A stretch of DNA of 63,566 bases, counting the filler, from Ministeria vibrans ATCC 50519 (lineage: Eukaryota > Protista > Filasterea), in the NCBI GenBank assembly GCA_943704425.1. It is 7 parts of 7 records of this genome, joined end to end, with 100 filler letters (N's around TTAATTAATTAA, not from the genome) between each part and the next. Parts side by side here need not be neighbours in the genome. Positions count along the whole stretch, not along the records: positions 60,262 to 61,735 come from CALSCP010001556.1; positions 61,836 to 63,566 come from CALSCP010002143.1; 5 more parts are not named here. The stretch is one strand, 5' to 3'. Shown piece by piece: positions 60,320 to 63,566 of the stretch. A program made the translations under genes and the position numbers. The notes beneath the pieces are model-generated. The model had not been told where the DNA came from. It did not search any database and saw only the letters and a list, made by a program, of their open reading frames with translations. Each line of letters opens with the position of its first letter. Positions within the stretch are counted from its first letter, which is position 1.

Positions 60320-61570
60320 CTGGAGTCGTTCTTCCTGCACGAGACTTACGTGCGCGGTGGAGCACGCTTTGTGGCGTACACGTGCATCTGCGGGGCGGGA
60401 AAGAGCGGCGCTACACTGCACTACGGGCAAAACTCTAAGCAGATTCACGATGGTGAAATGTGCCTGTTTGATATGGGTGCAGAGGTACGCGACGGCCCAC
60501 CATGGTCAGTGCACTCACTCATCCCGCGCTTGATTTGTGTTTAGTATCACGGCTACTGCTCTGACATTACGACGTCGTTTCCCTCCAATGGCAAGTTCAG
60601 TGACGACCAGAAGCTCATTTACAATGCTGTTGTAAGGCATCAAATACGCAGCACGTGTGATTGCCAAACAAGGAAAACAAATGACTCTTACTCTCTACGT
60701 TTTTGTCTTTCTCTCTTCGCTGTGTCTCTCGTGTGTGTGATGTAGTGGGACGCAGTGAAGCGCGTTGAATCTGCCATGAAGCCAGGAGTGCCGTGGCCCG
60801 ACATGCACTGCCTGGCCGAGCGCACTATCCTCGAGCATTTGCTGCAAATTGGCCTGCTCACTGGCACCCTTGATGACCTCATTGCCGCCAACATGGGTTA
60901 CATCTTTATGCCCCACGGTCTCGGTAAGGCCATGTGTCTTTTGAGCAAGTATATATATATTTGTGTGTGTGTGTATGTGTGCGTGCATATTTGCTTTCAT
61001 GTTGAGAGTCCTGACCGATGTTCCCCTTGCACATCACATAAATATGTATAGGACACTTTATGGGTCTCAATGTGCACGATGTGGGTGGCTATCCCGAGGG
61101 CGTGCTTCGCGGCGAGCGCGACGGTCTCCGTTCACTCCGCACCGGACGCACACTCGAGGTAGAGTATTGTCAAGCAAAGACACGTTCATTTCGCTGCGAT
61201 CCATTGGCTCACACTCTCCTTTTACTCTCCGTTACACTTTGTTCTTTTCCTCAATCTTTGTTTTAGGCGGGCATGGTCATCACGGTTGAACCCGGTTGTT
61301 ATTTTATTGACGCGCTTCTGGAAGATGCCCTTGCCAATCCGGACAAGGCCAAATTCTTTGTCAAGGATGTTCTTCAGCGCTTCCGTGAGTTTGGCGGGGT
61401 GCGCATTGAAGATGACGGTAAGAGCAAACGGAATGGTTGCGAAGAGAACGATAAATCTTTGCTGTGGTGTAGTGGTTGTGACTGAGACAGGCATGGAGGT
61501 GCTCAATACAGTGCCGCGTGAGATTGCCGACGTCGAAGCATGCATGGCCGAGGCCTATGTGGCCTACTGA
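60320..61570 (+). CDS. PEPD: Xaa-Pro dipeptidase (prolidase), 5'-partial
   Basis: [22 protein letters not shown]|[14 protein letters not shown]|[30 protein letters not shown]. Confidence 0.95.
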
Positions 61571-61835
61571 GTGGCAAAACGCCACACTACAGTACAGCCA
61601 ACTTGTTTTTTTTCTACTTCTCCCAAAAGTAGTCTTGTGCGTCTCCTCCCGCTGTTTGGTGGAAGGGCTCGTAGCAAATGGCGCAGTATGCCGTGGGGTT
61701 TTGTGCACTCAGTGGTTCTCCGTAGCTAAAAAAAANNNNNNNNNNNNNNNNNNNNNNNNNNNNNNNNNNNNNNNNNNNNTTAATTAATTAANNNNNNNNN
61801 NNNNNNNNNNNNNNNNNNNNNNNNNNNNNNNNNNN

Positions 61836-62455
61836 ATTGCACGTACGAGGAACCTGAGAGAGAGGAGAAGAGATCAATAAAGAGAATTTGGTGGTCGGTA
61901 TTGAGCGCTGGAGCAGACGAGTCCATTAGGTCAGAGAATTCCCTATTAAGACAAAAGTTAGGTTTCCAAGGACAAAACTCACTGTCATGTTGTACCGTTG
62001 ATGGTTTGGAACATGAAGAGCTCGAGAGACTTTAAAGCGAGAGGAGAGATAGGGAGCAATGAAGACATTGTAGCGGGTGAAAACGACGCAGTAGGAGTGG
62101 GTGAGGAAGACGAGGTTGTCTGAGGCACGGTCGACGGACACGTTGAGCGTTGTCGTCGCATTGCCCAGCTCCACATTGATGTGGCGCAGTGTCGTTGTCC
62201 ACGCGACAGAGGGCGCAATCCGCCTATTGTGTGTGTGTGATCAGAGAAATACTTGATGTGAATACTGTTTGTACATGAGTGTGTTTTTCACGAGCGGGTG
62301 GCGACGGTAATAGTTGGAGCGCCAGAATTGCATTTGCAGTAGGATACCAAAAGCAACGGCGAGCAGCGCACAACCAATGAAGACAATGCATTGGTTGAAC
62401 AGGGACCATTGCTCGAGAAGCATCAGCTGTGAGATGTACGTTCGCTCGCAATACA
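61836..62455 (-). CDS. TMEM129: TMEM129 E3 ligase, middle exons
   Basis: FWRSNYYRRHPLVKNTL..AWTTTLRHINVEL..VFLTHSYCVVFTRYNVFIA versus TMEM129 YWSRDRWACHPLARTL..GWQAVASSVNTEF..VIVTDTWVMKVTTYRVHVA. Confidence 0.7.
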
Positions 62456-62476
62456 CTACACAAGATGTGTTGACGT

Positions 62477-62597
<121 letters not shown>

Positions 62598-62890
62598 GGA
62601 AGGGTCTTAAGGGACTCGGGTAATACCGATGGCAATATTAACTCAAGATTCTTTACAACGATATCACAGGGAAAAAGAGATAAATAATCTTTACAACAAT
62701 AGCACAGGGTATGAGAGAGAAAGAGATAGAGGGAGAGGAACACAAATTAGTGATAAAAAGAGAAGCAATAGAGAGAAACAAAGTGATGAAGCGGGAAACA
62801 AAGCGATGGAGAGAGGAACAAAGATGTGATAAAGAAAAAGTGATATATAAAGAGAGAAACAAAGTGACAGAGTGAGTGCGCAGGTACATG

Positions 62891-63529
62891 TTACTCCACA
62901 CGTGCCACATCAAACACACAAAAGGTTGCTTTGCACGTGGGACACTCCGCTTTGCCCGTCAGCCAATCTTCCGGATGCCTATCAAACGCGACTTAAAATC
63001 ACAAAAGGATCTCACGCAGTAAACCTTTTACCTTTGCGGTTGTTTAGATGCAAAATACTTTGCAATGCATTCGACACAAAACAAAGGACGACAGTTACTA
63101 CAACAAAGAGTCGCACATTCACTTCATTCAGTCACTCACTCACTGGCTGTGTCGGTTTTGCTTACCACTGAACACACTCTCTGTCGCTCTGCTGTGCGTC
63201 ATTGAGACACATTTTGGTGAGTTTGGCATTGGGGAGTGCACTCAAACAGCCAATGCACTGCTCGGCACCCGACTCATCAGACTCGATTGGGGGAATGGAA
63301 AACCGCTCGTTCTCATTTACTATCGCATTAAAAGCTACAAAATGTATCATCAGGAGACGTATTGATCTCATAAGTTTGAGTGGTTTTTGTACCGCTTAAG
63401 AAGAGCTCAGGAGTGTGTGACTGGACAGAGACTGACGAATGGACCTCGAAGGCAGCAGAGAGAGACACACGCTCGCGCAGGATGTCGTAGTTCTGTGCGT
63501 TGACAGAGAAGGTACACACTTTGCACTCA
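62891..63529 (-). CDS. TMEM129: TMEM129 E3 ligase, C-terminal exons (C4C4 RING)
   Basis: FSVNAQNYDILRE, EQCIGCL..NAKLTKMC, CIAKYFASKQ, PEDWLTGKAECPTCKATFCVFDV. Confidence 0.85.
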
Positions 63530-63566
63530 CTGTTGACACAAAAGAGAGAGAAACAAAGTGAAAAAG

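Overview
Eukaryotic, intron-rich, gene-dense genomic DNA. It is not one contiguous locus: about seven contigs are joined by artificial N-spacers carrying a TTAATTAATTAA all-frame-stop linker (~30516-30615, 39909-40008, 45618-45717, 51511-51610, 60162-60261, 61736-61835). Gene content (SIPA1-like RapGAP, SH2-C1-RhoGAP chimaerin, DLG/MAGUK, Orai, EGF/LamG proteins, Tyr-motif receptor tails), short GT-AG introns and (GA)n/(CA)n intronic microsatellites suggest a unicellular holozoan, most likely a choanoflagellate (inference). About 28 genes or gene fragments are recognisable. Most notable: (1) a SMIM12-like ORF whose stop overlaps the GGPS1 start (ATGA), suggesting a bicistronic or translationally coupled unit; (2) an intronless, AT-richer 4-TM orphan with pannexin/innexin-like layout; (3) an Orai with Leu at the R91 position; (4) a USP deubiquitinase with a RING-like finger inside its catalytic insert; (5) plant/algal-type HACL and PrmC genes; (6) a single-pass REJ-GAIN/GPS receptor; (7) TMEM129 exons in permuted order; (8) several unexplained dispersed and tandem repeats. 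Family assignments come from recalled motifs, not database searches, and exon boundaries were placed by eye.
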